Positions 52,087 through 61,824 of a stretch of 64,000 nucleotides of DNA are shown piece after piece. Location of the stretch: positions 129,350 through 193,349 of the forward strand of contig CAVSOU010000014.1 in the NCBI GenBank assembly GCA_963729625.1. The letters are read 5' to 3'. The position numbers and the translations under genes were made by a program. Numbering within the stretch: the stretch's first letter is position 1; every line of letters starts with the position of its first letter. The DNA comes from an uncultured bacterium (lineage in GTDB: Bacteria > Chloroflexota > UBA5177 > JANWHV01). Under the pieces are notes generated by a model that saw only the letters and a list, made by a program, of their open reading frames with translations, was not told where the DNA came from and did no database searches.

Positions 52087-52262
52087 GTGGCAGACTAGCC
52101 AGATAGGCACATCAGTACGGTCCTACACCGCCACGGGGACGGTCCGGGACGTGGGCGGCAGCAGCGTGAGCTGGACGCTCACCATCCGGGTGCGGGTGTA
52201 CGTAGGAGCATCCATCGCCGCAGGTCCTACCGGCACCGCGCAGACTCGACGACGCGCGCCGC

Positions 52263-52486
52263 GTGTGGCACGGCCTCTGTATTCCAGGTACGCGCATTCC
52301 GGGCGTGATCTCGGCTGGCACATATAGCACGGATGGCGGCAGGGTGTTCTGGCTTGTGCACAGTGCTGACCGCGCCGTGGCCATACATCTTGGCGACGAC
52401 CAGTACAGGGACCTGTCGTGGAGGTCGAGGATCCGGTGGCGACCATCTCCCTGATCAATAGCCCGGCGCACCGCGAGAACGCGTGA
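52263..52486 (+). pseudogene. Frameshifted, 5'-truncated remnant of a conserved hypothetical protein
   Basis: WHGLCIPGTRIPGVISAGTYSTDGGRVFWLVH..DRAVAIHL.DDQYRDL; a 1-nt shift near 52415 continues as VVEVEDPVATISLIN. Confidence 0.6.
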
Positions 52487-52586
52487 CTGCCGGGTGATAC
52501 CGCGGTCAGAGCGGCCGCTGAAGAGCGGTAGCAGTGCCGTGCCGCTAGCCTGCGGTGCCCGCGTCGACGTGCGGAGGTTGCAGGAG

Positions 52587-53405
52587 ATGCCGGATATCGT
52601 GCAGCGCGCGACAGTGCGTGCAGTGTGCCACACCGCAGTCGCCCGCTTGGTTGTCCTGGGGTGGACGCAATCGCCGGCCCGGGCCGATCGGCCCGCCAAG
52701 AATTTCTACACCTCGCTGACCGGCACGATCGATTACGTGCAAGAAGTACATAGCAGCTACAAACGCGCCAGCGGCGGCGAATCGGAGAGCAGTTTCCACG
52801 ACGACGTACACAAGCTGCACCTTACGGTGAACGCACTCTACAGCAGCAAGAACTATGGCGGCTATCCGGCTATGGTGACCGAAGCCGTCAACGAGCACGA
52901 CGGCAGCCTGACGATCCAGTAAGTTTGGAGCTCGTGCCCGGACTCGAACAACAAGATCTCGCAGAATCAAGGTAGCGATGACCTCGATACGGCCAGGTTC
53001 GCGGGCCATGCCACGGTCCAGCTAGACATCGATGACAGAGGCGCCGACTTAGCGCATCCGGTGTTCGACGATCCCTACTCGATCAGGGTCGCGTTCCCGA
53101 GCGACACCTTCGTCGGTGACGACCGCCAGAAGGATATCCATTCGGACGACGATCCCTGCAGCTCACCACACGATCGCGGCGATACCAAGACCTACGCCGT
53201 GTCCGAGCAGCATGCGCCGATCGACGTCGAAGGCCATCCCGACAAGCATCCGAAGAACGTGCACATGCTCACAGGCAAAGACATCACCCTGGACAGCATA
53301 CCCAACAGCAACGAGAAGGGCACGGCGACGACGACCATAACGTGGCGCCTCCGCTACTGCGAGATGGCGAGCGACCTGGCGCCGCTGGCCCCGATGACGT
53401 GCTGA
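52587..53405 (+). pseudogene. Secreted hypothetical protein (paralog B) interrupted by one in-frame TAA at 52920-52922
   Basis: ORFs 52494-52922 and 53061-53405 are in the same frame and the intervening sequence is open (VWSSCPDSNNKISQ...). Shares motifs with 51307-52086. Confidence 0.75.
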
Positions 53406-53738
53406 TCTGGCCGCGCCTACGCAGTTGAGGCGTCCGCACGCCGCCTCGTTCGCGCTTCGGCCCGTCCAGCGACGCTGGCGCGAGTCGTGCTTCTTCTCAT
53501 TCGATGGTGCGGTGAGCGCGTCGGGTCACCGTGCATTGGTGCCAGCATGAGCAGAGCATGAAGTGCTCCAAACACCTCGCCGCGAGGCTTGCGCCCTTAG
53601 CGATCGCGGCAATTGACGCCGGTAGCGGAACGACGCTCCCAAAGTGAGGCCCCTTCGGCTTGCGAGCCAGCTGAATGAACATGCAACGTCGGCGTGGCTA
53701 GCCGAGCGATTACTCAGCCGATCGGTCAGCGTGCCAGG

Positions 53739-54338
53739 TCACCTCCGTATGGCCAGACCTGGTGGACGCTCCTGTCTGATGGCCTCCCGCAGGTGCGTAT
53801 ACGAGCGCTGCAACGTGCGCGCAATCTCCAACCAGCGCTCGCGGGTCGGCGCAACACGCTTGCCAGTGATGTCGTCGACTAAGTCGCAGGCCAGCGCCCG
53901 CTCTGCGGCGGCAGTCTGACCGTCGGCGGCGGACAACCCGTAGACTGCGGTCTGGATGGCCGCCAGCGCGTCAATCAACGCCTGCGAGCCCGGTCGACCC
54001 GCCAGACGGCGATGCACGTCCCAGTAATTGAATTCCGCCTCCGCGACCTGCTGCGGCTCGAAGGTGTTCCCGGTCGCCCTGGCCACGACCCTGTAGAAGC
54101 GATCGAGCAACGCTCGGACCGCTGCGTCATCGTGCTCAACTGGCGCGAACACGATCGCCGCCTGGATGCCCAATCGCATCGCACGTAGCGCGTCGACCAC
54201 GCTGAGGTCGAATTGCGACCGCACCAGCCGAAACAACAACACCAGCGCTCGCGGCCAGTTCCGGTCGTAGTAGGCACGCCAGAGTTGCGCTTCGAACAGG
54301 CCGGTATTGCGCGGATTGAACGCAAACAACGATCCCAT
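53739..54338 (-). CDS. Conserved-looking helical hypothetical protein
   Basis: GAGGGGAG RBS; MGSLFAFNP...EAQLWRAYYDRNW...AEAEFNYWDVHR; apparent internal E..W repeat. Confidence 0.75.
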   Translation of the reverse strand: MGSLFAFNPRNTGLFEAQLWRAYYDRNWPRALVLLFRLVRSQFDLSVVDALRAMRLGIQAAIVFAPVEHDDAAVRALLDRFYRVVARATGNTFEPQQVAEAEFNYWDVHRRLAGRPGSQALIDALAAIQTAVYGLSAADGQTAAAERALACDLVDDITGKRVAPTRERWLEIARTLQRSYTHLREAIRQERPPGLAIRR

Positions 54339-54454
54339 GTGCACTCCCCTCTGCCAACTAACGGCCACGACGGGCCGATCTGCGCACTGCGCTGCCGCAT
54401 TGCAGTCAAGCAGACTCAGCACCAGCCCCGGACCAGCGATTGCGGCCGCCAGTG

Positions 54455-55054
54455 TCACCGCCGGACGCGACCCAGCGCTACGGCCACCGCTGCAGCGAGG
54501 GCCAGTCCTACCACATAGCCTCGGTTTTGGACTCTGGTCGGACCTGGTGGGGCAGGGATACGTGCTCGCTCTAGCTCAGTGCGAGCATGCACGCGCGCCA
54601 GCTCGAGGCGCAGGCTCTGCTCGCCCTTGCGCATGGCCCAACGATGGTTCGCCGCGAAGATCGGTTTGAGAAGGAAGGAAGAGCGACGAAGCAGCGGCTT
54701 CTCGGCGCTGATCCTCCAGTCATAGATGACGTGCACGGACGGGCCGTCCTGCTCGAACGTCCAGATGCCACTTCCCACGAAATCGCCTTCGGCAACTATC
54801 GTGTAGCCGTATGGCGCGTGGGACTCTGTCACCCGAAACTGCCAGCGCAGGGTATAGGGCAGCCACCCCTTGGTATACAGGCTGTAGCGCCCACCCACGC
54901 CGCCCTCACCCCCGGGCGCCAACTCCTGCGCGTCAAGGTACACAGCAGGCCACCACCGCACGAGATCTCGAGCGTTGCCGAGAATCGCGGAGACTTCCTC
55001 GACACTGCCTTCCACGTGCCAGTGTGTGATGAAGTGATACTCATTGCTGGACAC
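54455..55054 (-). CDS. SRPBCC/polyketide cyclase family protein with C-terminal hydrophobic tail
   Basis: YHFITHW.V, RWWP, GWLPYTLRW, GDFVG.G.W, KPIFAANHRWAM. Confidence 0.85.
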   Translation of the reverse strand: MSSNEYHFITHWHVEGSVEEVSAILGNARDLVRWWPAVYLDAQELAPGGEGGVGGRYSLYTKGWLPYTLRWQFRVTESHAPYGYTIVAEGDFVGSGIWTFEQDGPSVHVIYDWRISAEKPLLRRSSFLLKPIFAANHRWAMRKGEQSLRLELARVHARTELERARIPAPPGPTRVQNRGYVVGLALAAAVAVALGRVRR

Positions 55055-55754
55055 GGTATGCTCCTTCGTACGCTTCGCCTCTCACAGCACCGAGCACCAG
55101 ACATACCGGGCAGGCGGCATCGACCCAGTTCCCGGCAACCTCGGCGATCACCGGCATTCCGGTGCCTGCCGGCCGAGCCCGTCGTCGCAAAACTACCCAG
55201 CCGGCAATGCCGAGAAGCAGCAGGGCACCCAGTACCAGCACGAGCACGGTGCTTGACGACACACTCCGGCCCCGCACAACCGCCGCGACGCCGGCGCCCC
55301 CCGCGTAGCCAATGGCCACGTGGAGCAGGAAGAATACGCTGTCGCCCACCACCAGCGCGGGAAACACCGTGCGGAATGGCAGACCGCCAACGCCCGACGC
55401 GGCAAGGGTGACGGCCCGCAGGCCGGGGGTCGCCATGCCGACCGCTATCGTGACGAGGCCGCCCTTCTCGAGTGCTGCTGCTTCACGCTCCAGCCGGCTG
55501 GCCGTCAGGCCGATGTAGCGACCCAGGCGATAGACGAATCTCCGGCCAGGGCCACGTGCCAGAAAGTACTGCACGCTGCCGCCTGCGATCATGGCCACCT
55601 CGAAGACCGCGATCACCGCAGCCAGATTCCATTGCCCGGTAGCGGCGCGCGCCGCGGCGCCGAGCATAATCACGTCCCCAGGGATGGGAACCGGGATGCC
55701 GGCCTCCTTCAGCAACATTACCAGGAACACCCCGGGAAGTCCCAACGAGCGCAT
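55041..55754 (-). CDS. DedA/VTT family membrane protein
   Basis: KEAGIPVPIPGDVIM, QYFLAR..G, TPGLR, C-terminal ACPVC. Confidence 0.85.
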   Translation of the reverse strand: MRSLGLPGVFLVMLLKEAGIPVPIPGDVIMLGAAARAATGQWNLAAVIAVFEVAMIAGGSVQYFLARGPGRRFVYRLGRYIGLTASRLEREAAALEKGGLVTIAVGMATPGLRAVTLAASGVGGLPFRTVFPALVVGDSVFFLLHVAIGYAGGAGVAAVVRGRSVSSSTVLVLVLGALLLLGIAGWVVLRRRARPAGTGMPVIAEVAGNWVDAACPVCLVLGAVRGEAYEGAYRVQQ

Positions 55755-56015
55755 GATAGACTCCAGCGATGCGGCTACGGCGGCATCCGTCCGGTGGGGT
55801 GGTCAGGATGCCGGCCTGATTGGCTGATTGAGGCAGAACAAGTTCTCAGGAACGCGTGCAGCTGAACACAATGCCAAGCTGCTCGATTGGCCAGATACCA
55901 TCAGTACGCTGCGGCACCTGCTACGGATCACTGCATCCACCTATCGTGTTGTAACGGAGTGTAGGCTTTCACCTGCAGGCTCCTCTGACAGCCGCATATG
56001 CGGCGGCCGGCGCGG

Positions 56016-56180
56016 TAGCCAGTGGTCGGCGCTGGACGGGGCGGCCGAGAGATGGTTGAGGTCGCTCGCCTGCGTCGAACACAGCGCCGGCAGCGGCGCC
56101 AAGAGCAAGATCTGCGTCACGAACTCGAGCAGCAGGTCGCCGGAGAAGGCCAGCCGGTGCCGCAGAAGACGCTGCCAGGC
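56016..56180 (-). pseudogene. OppC/DppC-type ABC permease N-terminal remnant
   Basis: AWQRLLRHRLAFSG.LLL.FV..ILLLAPL...DLNHLSAAPSSADHWL. Confidence 0.5.
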
Positions 56181-56220
56181 TCCCGAACGGCGACGAGCTG
56201 CCGGCGACTGCTCCGTGGCA

Positions 56221-56312
56221 TGCGCGGGCGCTCAGGCGAGCACGTGCTGCCAGCTCTTCTTGGGTGAGGCCGTTGGCTGCACGATGGCGTTGGAGCGGCT
56301 CGGCAAGATCTA
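56221..56312 (-). pseudogene. XRE HTH remnant paralogous to the N-terminus of the STAND gene
   Basis: LDLAEPLQRHRAANGLTQEELAARARLSARA versus STLAALLQRHRTAAGLTQEELAQRARLSARA. Confidence 0.7.
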
Positions 56313-56341
56313 GAGAGTGAGGGTTTCACTTTGGTAGCCGT

Positions 56342-57583
56342 TCAGTGCTGCGCGTTCAGTGCGGCGATGTCCTTCCGTATCTGCTGCAGCGCCGTCTTGA
56401 GCGCTGCTCCGGGCGACGCCTTTCCCAGGACCACGTTCTGGACCGCAATGTCTTCAGGTGTCCAGACTAGGTGCATTGCCGGCGCGTTCGGCATCAGGAT
56501 GCCCGTCTTGAACTGCTGCTCACTGGCTGCCTGAATTGCCGTCGGCGTGAAGCCGGGTACAACCTTGAGCGTCGGAAGGCGCTCCTGGAATTGGGCGGTG
56601 ATTGCCTGGCCGTTGAGGCTCAGGTACCGGGCAAGGCTCCACGCACCGGTCTGGTTCTTGCTGAAGCGGTTGACCGCCCACACACGGACGCCGACGAACG
56701 GCCTGCTGATGCGGCCGCCTGGAAGTGCGGGGATGCTGGTCACGCCAAGGTCCGACCCCAGCGACTTGGCGTAGAGGTCGAAATTCCACTGGCCGTCAAT
56801 GGTCATTGCCGACCTGCCGGTCAGGAACGCATCGGAGGCGAAACCGGAGTCCGTGCTCTTCGGCACGATGGTTGTAAGCGACCGAATGAAGGTCAGGGCC
56901 TCCACGGCAGCGGCAGTGTCGAGCCCTATGTCTGTGACATCGACCTTCCCACCTTTGTTGCCGAAGACGTACGCGCCGTACCCGCCATAGGCCCAATAAT
57001 CCGCGTAGAAGCCGCATGAGAGGCAAGAGAGAAAGCCGTAGTGGTTCCCCTTTGCCAGCCTCTTGGAGATGGCGATCACCTGCGCCCAGGTCGTGGGTGG
57101 GCCCGGTAGCAACCGCTTATTGTAGAGCAGCACCAGGCTATCCTCGTCGTGAGGGATCGAGTACGGCACGCCGTCGACAAGCGTAGCACCCAGGGCGATC
57201 GGCTGATATCTCGCCAGATCCTGGGGGCTCAGCACACCGGCAGGACGTGGTGCGAACAGCTTGGAGACCGCAAAGAAGCCCTGCTGATCCTCCGGGAAAT
57301 ACATCAGATCGGGGCCATCCTTTTTCTTTGCTTTCTGCAGCAAAAGGTCACCTTCGTTGTTGTCGCTGTTCGGCCCCCCGACATTGACGAAGGTGACGCT
57401 CGCTCCGTTGGCAGCGCCCCACTTATCCGCCAGCGCGGCAAGTCCGTCCTGCGCCGACGAGTTTGTCAGGTCTTCCCAGACAGTGACAGTGCTTTCGGCA
57501 TGCTGCGGCGCCGCATCTGCACCACCCGTGGAAGGTACGGCACTGAGCAGGATCGCGACTGCTATCGACAGGCTTCGCTTCAT
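56342..57583 (-). CDS. MalE/CycB-like sugar-binding protein (no permease nearby)
   Basis: GPDLMY, YSIP...SLVLLYNK.L, P.TW, MTIDGQW, PFVGV, MPNAPAM..VW; signal peptide without a lipobox Cys. Confidence 0.9.
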   Translation of the reverse strand: MKRSLSIAVAILLSAVPSTGGADAAPQHAESTVTVWEDLTNSSAQDGLAALADKWGAANGASVTFVNVGGPNSDNNEGDLLLQKAKKKDGPDLMYFPEDQQGFFAVSKLFAPRPAGVLSPQDLARYQPIALGATLVDGVPYSIPHDEDSLVLLYNKRLLPGPPTTWAQVIAISKRLAKGNHYGFLSCLSCGFYADYWAYGGYGAYVFGNKGGKVDVTDIGLDTAAAVEALTFIRSLTTIVPKSTDSGFASDAFLTGRSAMTIDGQWNFDLYAKSLGSDLGVTSIPALPGGRISRPFVGVRVWAVNRFSKNQTGAWSLARYLSLNGQAITAQFQERLPTLKVVPGFTPTAIQAASEQQFKTGILMPNAPAMHLVWTPEDIAVQNVVLGKASPGAALKTALQQIRKDIAALNAQH

Positions 57584-57685
57584 GTCACTCCCTCCCTGGC
57601 CTCTGGTGTAGTCGTCAAGTCCTGCTCGAGCATCTCCGCCACCATGTTGATCTGCGTACTGGGGTCTTCGCCTTCAGCTGGCTAG

Positions 57686-60600
57686 TCAGGGATACGCTGC
57701 GCAGGTCTGCTGATAGGGCAGGTCTCCCAGGTAGTGCTGCCACTCGCCGTGCGTGAAATTGCGGCCGGACAGCCGGCATACACGTGCCTCCAGCACCGCG
57801 GGATCGATGTTCCAGAGCCTGAGCGTTTGATCGACTCCGACTGAGACGAGCGTCTTGCCGTTCTGCGCAAACGCCACTCCCCAGACACGGCCCGTATGGC
57901 CGGTAAGCGGTGGTCCTACTGATAGCTGGGTTGCCACGTCCCATAGGCGAATAGTCTCGTCATCGCCCGCCGATGCCAGTATGGTGCCGTCAGGACTGAA
58001 CGCCACGCTTCGTACCGCCGCGTCGCCACCGATCGGTGCCCCAGTCTGGCGCTTCGTTGCCGTATCCCAGAGCCGGATTGTTCCATCATTGCTCCCGGAG
58101 GCCAACATGCGGTCATCCGGACTGAACGCCACGCTGTACACGGCATCCGCATGGCCGGTGAGCAGGGCAGCATGCAGATGACCCGCCGACACGTTCCACA
58201 GCCATACGCTGCCGTCGAGATTGCCGCTGGCCACTTCCCGGCCGTCGCGGCTAATGGCTACGTCCCATGCCCGTGCGGTTGGTCCAAGGAGCGCCGGGCC
58301 GGATACCCGCCGACGATCCACGTCCCACACACGGATCGTCGCATCGGCATTGCCCGCAACGAGCAGCCGGCCATTGGGACTGAACACCAGGCTCTCGACG
58401 GCCACGCCCGCCGGATCGCGGAGGGGTGCGCCCAGCGGTCGGCAGCGAGCCACGTCCCAGAGCCTGATCGTTGCGTCGTCAGCGCCGGAGGCCACAATCC
58501 GTCCGTTGGGACTGAAGGCTACGGTATTGACGAGATCGGTGTGGCCGGCAAGTGGGTTGCAGCGCAGACGATACTTGACCAAGTCCCAGAGGAGCACTGT
58601 CTTGTTTGCCCCTGCGGTGGCCGCGGTCGTGCCGTCAGCGCTCAGGGCTACGCCGGCAACGGCGTTGACCGTACCAGGTAGGACCACGCCCAGCGAATGG
58701 GAATGTGCAACATCCCAGATACTCACGGTGCCGTACTGGCCGCCGGAAGCGAGCAAGCTGTCGTCCGGGCTAAATGCGAGATCCGTCAAGCCGTTCTTGT
58801 CGAAAAGATCCGTCACTGTATCTTGATGCCCGACCAGAGGTGCGCCAAGGGGTTGGTCGATGGACACGTTCCACAGCTGAATTGTTCCATCGACGTTCGC
58901 GGAGGCGAGTATGGAGCCATCATGGCTAAAGGCCACGCTGTAGACGCCGGGCGGTCTGTGTGTGAGTGCCCGGCCAAGGGGTTGTCGGTGCGCGACGTCC
59001 CACAGTTGGACCCCGCCGTTGGCACTCGCCGAGGCCAGGATTGCGCCATTGGGGCTGAACGCCACGCAGAACACCTGGTTCAGCGGGTCTGCTACAAGCG
59101 GTGTACCGATTGCCCGCCGGTCCGCCACATCCCACAGCGCCACCGAGCCGTCGCTGCCTCCCAACGCCAGGATTCTGCCATCCGGGCTGAACGAGATGCT
59201 GTTGGCGTTAATGTGGATGCTGCTAGGCTGGGCTTGCTGGCCCGTAAAGAATGTGCCCATCAGGTGGTGTTGCGCGACGTGCCACAACCTGATCGTATCC
59301 GACGCGTAGGCCGCGGCGAGGATTGTATTGTCGCGGCTGAAGGCAAGGGCGGTCACAGTGTCGCCGGAATTGTCGGCGCTGAAATTGCCGACATGGCGTC
59401 GGTGCCGCAGATCCCAGACTTCCGATACCCCTCCCGTGCTGTATGCCACAAGGTTGCCGTCGGCACTGGAGGCTGAGGCGGTGTGCCCACCCGCAGTCAC
59501 GGGAGCCGTGTCCAGCGGGACGTGCTGTCTCAAGGTTGCCGCGTCCCACTGCTGTACGACCCCGCCGAAACTGACCGCGTTCACGCGGCCGCCGTCTCCG
59601 CTGAAGTGGACGCTCATCTCGCCGGCGGGATCACCGTGGAGCACGGCGATGAGGCGGTTGTGCTGGTGTTGGAAACTCTCGAGCAATGCGCCTCGGGCCT
59701 CTACCGTACTTGCCAGGTGATTGGCTTCTACGCTCAGCAACAGCGCGAGTGTGTTCTGGTCATCCAGGTGACTCACGGCAAGCAGTGCCAGCTTGCTCGA
59801 GAGCGCCAGGTTTCGTTGCGCGATCGCCGCGCCTTTGGCGGCAGATTCTCGCTTTTCGCTTGCCGTGGCAGTCTTCGCCGCGTTGACCGCTACGAGCGCC
59901 AATCCGCTTGCTATGGCCAGGAATAGGACGAGCATGCCGGCCAGGTACCGCAGCCGATGCGTGGCAAGCCGGCTCGCAGTCGCGACCCGGTGTGCCAGCG
60001 CCAGCTCCCGCTCCTGCTGTTGGCGCTCGGCAAGCTCCTGGCGGCGGCGCGCATCCACGGCGGAATGGAGGAAGACCGTCTCCATCGCACTCGGCGTATT
60101 CCGCTCGGCCCATTGTAGCGCGGCGTCCAACATGCTTCCGCGGTACAAATGGTCGGCGGGGCGCCCGTGGCGTTCCCACTCCAAGGCATCCGCGCTCAGT
60201 GTGCGCTGCAATCGCACATCGTCGCGCGCGGCTCGCAGCCAGTCGGCCAGCCGCGGCCACGCGGTGATCAGGGCCTCGTGACTGACTTCGATCGTCGTTG
60301 TTGCGGTAACCACATTGGTGGTTAACAGGCGGCCCACGATAAAGGCATCCGCCACCTCCTGCAAGGCGGTCGTTTGGTCGGCATCGGGAAGTAGCAGCTC
60401 AGCCGAGATGACACGGCGGCGGGTAATGGCCTGTTCGAGTTCACCAGCATCGATCAGGCGAAGAAACAGCACGCGAGCCAGGCGCTGATGTTGCTCCGAC
60501 GGCAGACCGTCATACAGTGCTTCAGCCCGCCTGGCGAGCGCTCCATGCACTCCGCCAAGCTCCTGAAAGGCTGCTACGGTGACGCGACGGCCTTCTCGCC

Positions 60601-61690
60601 TCTCGAACAGCTGTTCGAGAGTGAATGAAAGTAATGGCAGCGTTCCCGCTTGGTCGCGAACCTCGTACAGGAGATCGCCCACCAAGTCTTGCTGGAACGT
60701 AAGCTGCACATCCGGCAGAGACGCTGGTTCTTCGATAGCTCGTCGGAGGTCCGGCAACGACATTGGCAGCATGGATTTGCTGTGTCCCTCCATGAGCGCG
60801 CCGAGGCAACCGTAGCGCATTGGCCGATCGTAGAAATCAGCACGAAGAGTGAGGATGATCAGTGTCGGGCCTCGCATCTCCATCGCCGCCATCGTCAGAA
60901 GGTCGACAAAGTGTTGCCGCTCGCGCTCGTCGATAGCCAGTGTGAAAAGCTCCTCAAATTGGTCTACTACCAGCACTACATAGGTCCCTGGTTTCCGAGC
61001 TGTCCGGCTGGCGAGTAAGTGCAATCCGCGGGTCGAGTGGTCCAGGTCGGCGCGGATCGAGGTAAGGCTAGAGCCGGGCAAAGCCGTCGCCAGCGCAAGA
61101 GTGAGCGATTCAAGGGGATGCGCTCCCGGCTGCATTGGATCGGGATAGACCCAGAGGTCACTGCCGGAAATCGCCCCGCTCTGCAGGCGCGGCATCAATC
61201 CGGCCATGACGACACTTGATTTGCCCGATCCACTTGGACCAACCAGGGCTAGGAACCGCGGGTCGTATTCCTTCCAGGTGCCAATGGAGGAGACAAGTGC
61301 TGCGATCAAGCTTTCTGGGCCAAAATAGTCGCCGGCGTCGTCGCTCCGGAACGGCCGCAAACCCTTGTATGGATTGCGTGGCCTCGGATGAGCTGATTCA
61401 CCGCAATGCGGCATGGCGCCAGCCCCGTCGAGATCACCTTCCAAGGACGCGGCAGTGAGGAGACGCGCGATCATCTCAAACTCGGCACGATCTGGCCCGG
61501 CAAGCTCCAGCGCGGCCACCAGGCGTTGCACGGTATAGGCATGCGGCCGACGCTTCAGCCCACGCTCCAGATCGCTGATGGCGCGTGCACTCAACCGCGC
61601 CCGCTGGGCCAGTTCCTCCTGCGTGAGACCGGCGGCGGTTCGGTGTCGTTGGAGCAATGCTGCCAGCGTGGAGGACGCCGGTGCGGCCAT
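57686..61690 (-). CDS. XRE-HTH / nSTAND1 NTPase / TM / 14x WD40 protein
   Basis: LTQEELA..ERG; NPYKGLRPF; Walker A GPSGSGKSS; Walker B VLVVDQFEELF; LRADFY; LPLL; HEALI..WPRL; TM LAGMLVLFLAIASGLALVAV; 14 WD-type repeat ends; C-terminal C...GRN.T..EW. Confidence 0.92.
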   Translation of the reverse strand: MAAPASSTLAALLQRHRTAAGLTQEELAQRARLSARAISDLERGLKRRPHAYTVQRLVAALELAGPDRAEFEMIARLLTAASLEGDLDGAGAMPHCGESAHPRPRNPYKGLRPFRSDDAGDYFGPESLIAALVSSIGTWKEYDPRFLALVGPSGSGKSSVVMAGLMPRLQSGAISGSDLWVYPDPMQPGAHPLESLTLALATALPGSSLTSIRADLDHSTRGLHLLASRTARKPGTYVVLVVDQFEELFTLAIDERERQHFVDLLTMAAMEMRGPTLIILTLRADFYDRPMRYGCLGALMEGHSKSMLPMSLPDLRRAIEEPASLPDVQLTFQQDLVGDLLYEVRDQAGTLPLLSFTLEQLFERREGRRVTVAAFQELGGVHGALARRAEALYDGLPSEQHQRLARVLFLRLIDAGELEQAITRRRVISAELLLPDADQTTALQEVADAFIVGRLLTTNVVTATTTIEVSHEALITAWPRLADWLRAARDDVRLQRTLSADALEWERHGRPADHLYRGSMLDAALQWAERNTPSAMETVFLHSAVDARRRQELAERQQQERELALAHRVATASRLATHRLRYLAGMLVLFLAIASGLALVAVNAAKTATASEKRESAAKGAAIAQRNLALSSKLALLAVSHLDDQNTLALLLSVEANHLASTVEARGALLESFQHQHNRLIAVLHGDPAGEMSVHFSGDGGRVNAVSFGGVVQQWDAATLRQHVPLDTAPVTAGGHTASASSADGNLVAYSTGGVSEVWDLRHRRHVGNFSADNSGDTVTALAFSRDNTILAAAYASDTIRLWHVAQHHLMGTFFTGQQAQPSSIHINANSISFSPDGRILALGGSDGSVALWDVADRRAIGTPLVADPLNQVFCVAFSPNGAILASASANGGVQLWDVAHRQPLGRALTHRPPGVYSVAFSHDGSILASANVDGTIQLWNVSIDQPLGAPLVGHQDTVTDLFDKNGLTDLAFSPDDSLLASGGQYGTVSIWDVAHSHSLGVVLPGTVNAVAGVALSADGTTAATAGANKTVLLWDLVKYRLRCNPLAGHTDLVNTVAFSPNGRIVASGADDATIRLWDVARCRPLGAPLRDPAGVAVESLVFSPNGRLLVAGNADATIRVWDVDRRRVSGPALLGPTARAWDVAISRDGREVASGNLDGSVWLWNVSAGHLHAALLTGHADAVYSVAFSPDDRMLASGSNDGTIRLWDTATKRQTGAPIGGDAAVRSVAFSPDGTILASAGDDETIRLWDVATQLSVGPPLTGHTGRVWGVAFAQNGKTLVSVGVDQTLRLWNIDPAVLEARVCRLSGRNFTHGEWQHYLGDLPYQQTCAAYP

Positions 61691-61824
61691 ACCAGTCCCT
61701 CGCCCATAAGTGCATGCCATGAAATGCACAGGCCGTTCAAGCGCGGCTACTAGCTAGCGTAGCACGCTGCTGCATTACAGCCCTCCGCACGAGCTGGTTC
61801 CGCCATACGCACTGCCAACGACTG

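Noticed and set aside
52920-52922. Programmed read-through (Sec/Pyl) at the in-frame stop
   Set aside because: The codon is TAA, not TGA or TAG; a nonsense mutation or sequencing error is simpler.
57800-59640. Repetitive DNA inside the STAND gene as a repeat array or DGR target
   Set aside because: The repeats are diverged WD40 coding units; no near-identical template copy or reverse transcriptase is present in the window.
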